A DNA stretch of 64,000 bases from Scenedesmus sp. PABB004 (lineage: Eukaryota): positions 1,426,001-1,490,000 of the forward strand of contig JABVCE010000007.1 in the NCBI GenBank assembly GCA_014905635.1. Reading direction: 5' to 3'. This document shows positions 63,677 to 64,000 of this stretch, piece after piece. The number at the start of each line of letters is the position of its first letter. Position 1 is the stretch's first letter. The notes beneath the pieces were generated by a model, which worked only from the letters and a program-made list of their open reading frames with translations, was not told the origin of the DNA and ran no database searches. Made by a program: the position numbers and the translations under genes.

Positions 63677-64000
63677 CAGTGATTCGTGATACGCGCGTAT
63701 CGACCCCTTGTATCCAGAAATACGCGTACTGATACGGATACGCGTACGGATACGCCAAATACGCCGCCTGATACGTCAGCCCGCCAGGGGCTTTGCATGC
63801 TGCTGCGCCGCGGCTGGTCTGGTAAATTCCACCGATAATTTTGCTGCCCGCGCCGCTCCACGGATAGAAAGACGTTCGCAGAGTGCACTGCGCGCCGCTG
63901 CGCGGCCGTTCGCCGGCTGAAATGTCCGCCCCGGGCCCGGAAGCTGCGGCGGATTGGAGCGCCTCCAACGTCGTCGCCGACCACTTCGAGGTCTGTACGG
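63677..64000 (+). mobile_element. Probable left end of a hAT-type DNA transposon with the start of its transposase, truncated by the window edge
   Basis: Begins CAGTGATTC. Seven ATACG plus one inverted CGTAT subterminal motif occur within 100 bp in lower-GC sequence. The ORF from 63922, MSAPGPEAAADWSASNVVADHFEV, resembles a BED-finger start. Confidence 0.5.

Overview
Nuclear DNA from an extremely GC-rich (roughly 80% GC by eye), intron-rich green alga. The gene content, GTGCG/GTGAG donors, TGTAA poly(A) signals and TTTAGGG repeats suggest a Sphaeropleales/Selenastraceae-like chlorophyte, which is an inference. Most long ORFs in the six-frame track are GC artefacts. About 18 spliced protein-coding genes can be reconstructed by hand: ELF3-like, CofD/UPF0052-like, PNPase, triose-phosphate translocator, a 4xAP2 factor, an orphan TM/coiled-coil gene, an SYCP2/Red1-like axis protein, a WD40 protein, a small secreted Gly-rich peptide, an RRM protein, NDUFB11, phosphatidylserine synthase, bHLH-ACT, Lon, RNF32 (two copies), plastid RPL1 and RNF121-like. 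The most notable observations are: (1) a single 7.4-kb gene with the full ARM + PH + closure-motif + disordered linker + coiled-coil layout of SYCP2-type meiotic axis proteins; (2) a 2-kb inverted duplication of RNF32 that also copies the starts of both neighbouring genes, with uneven divergence along the arms; (3) two 5'-truncated copies of one LINE family, one with a perfect 8-bp TSD next to the duplication breakpoint; (4) the probable left end of a hAT transposon at the window edge; (5) frequent GC-AG introns; (6) an ELF3-like clock gene with polyQ tracts. All homology calls come from motif recognition by eye; no database search was run.
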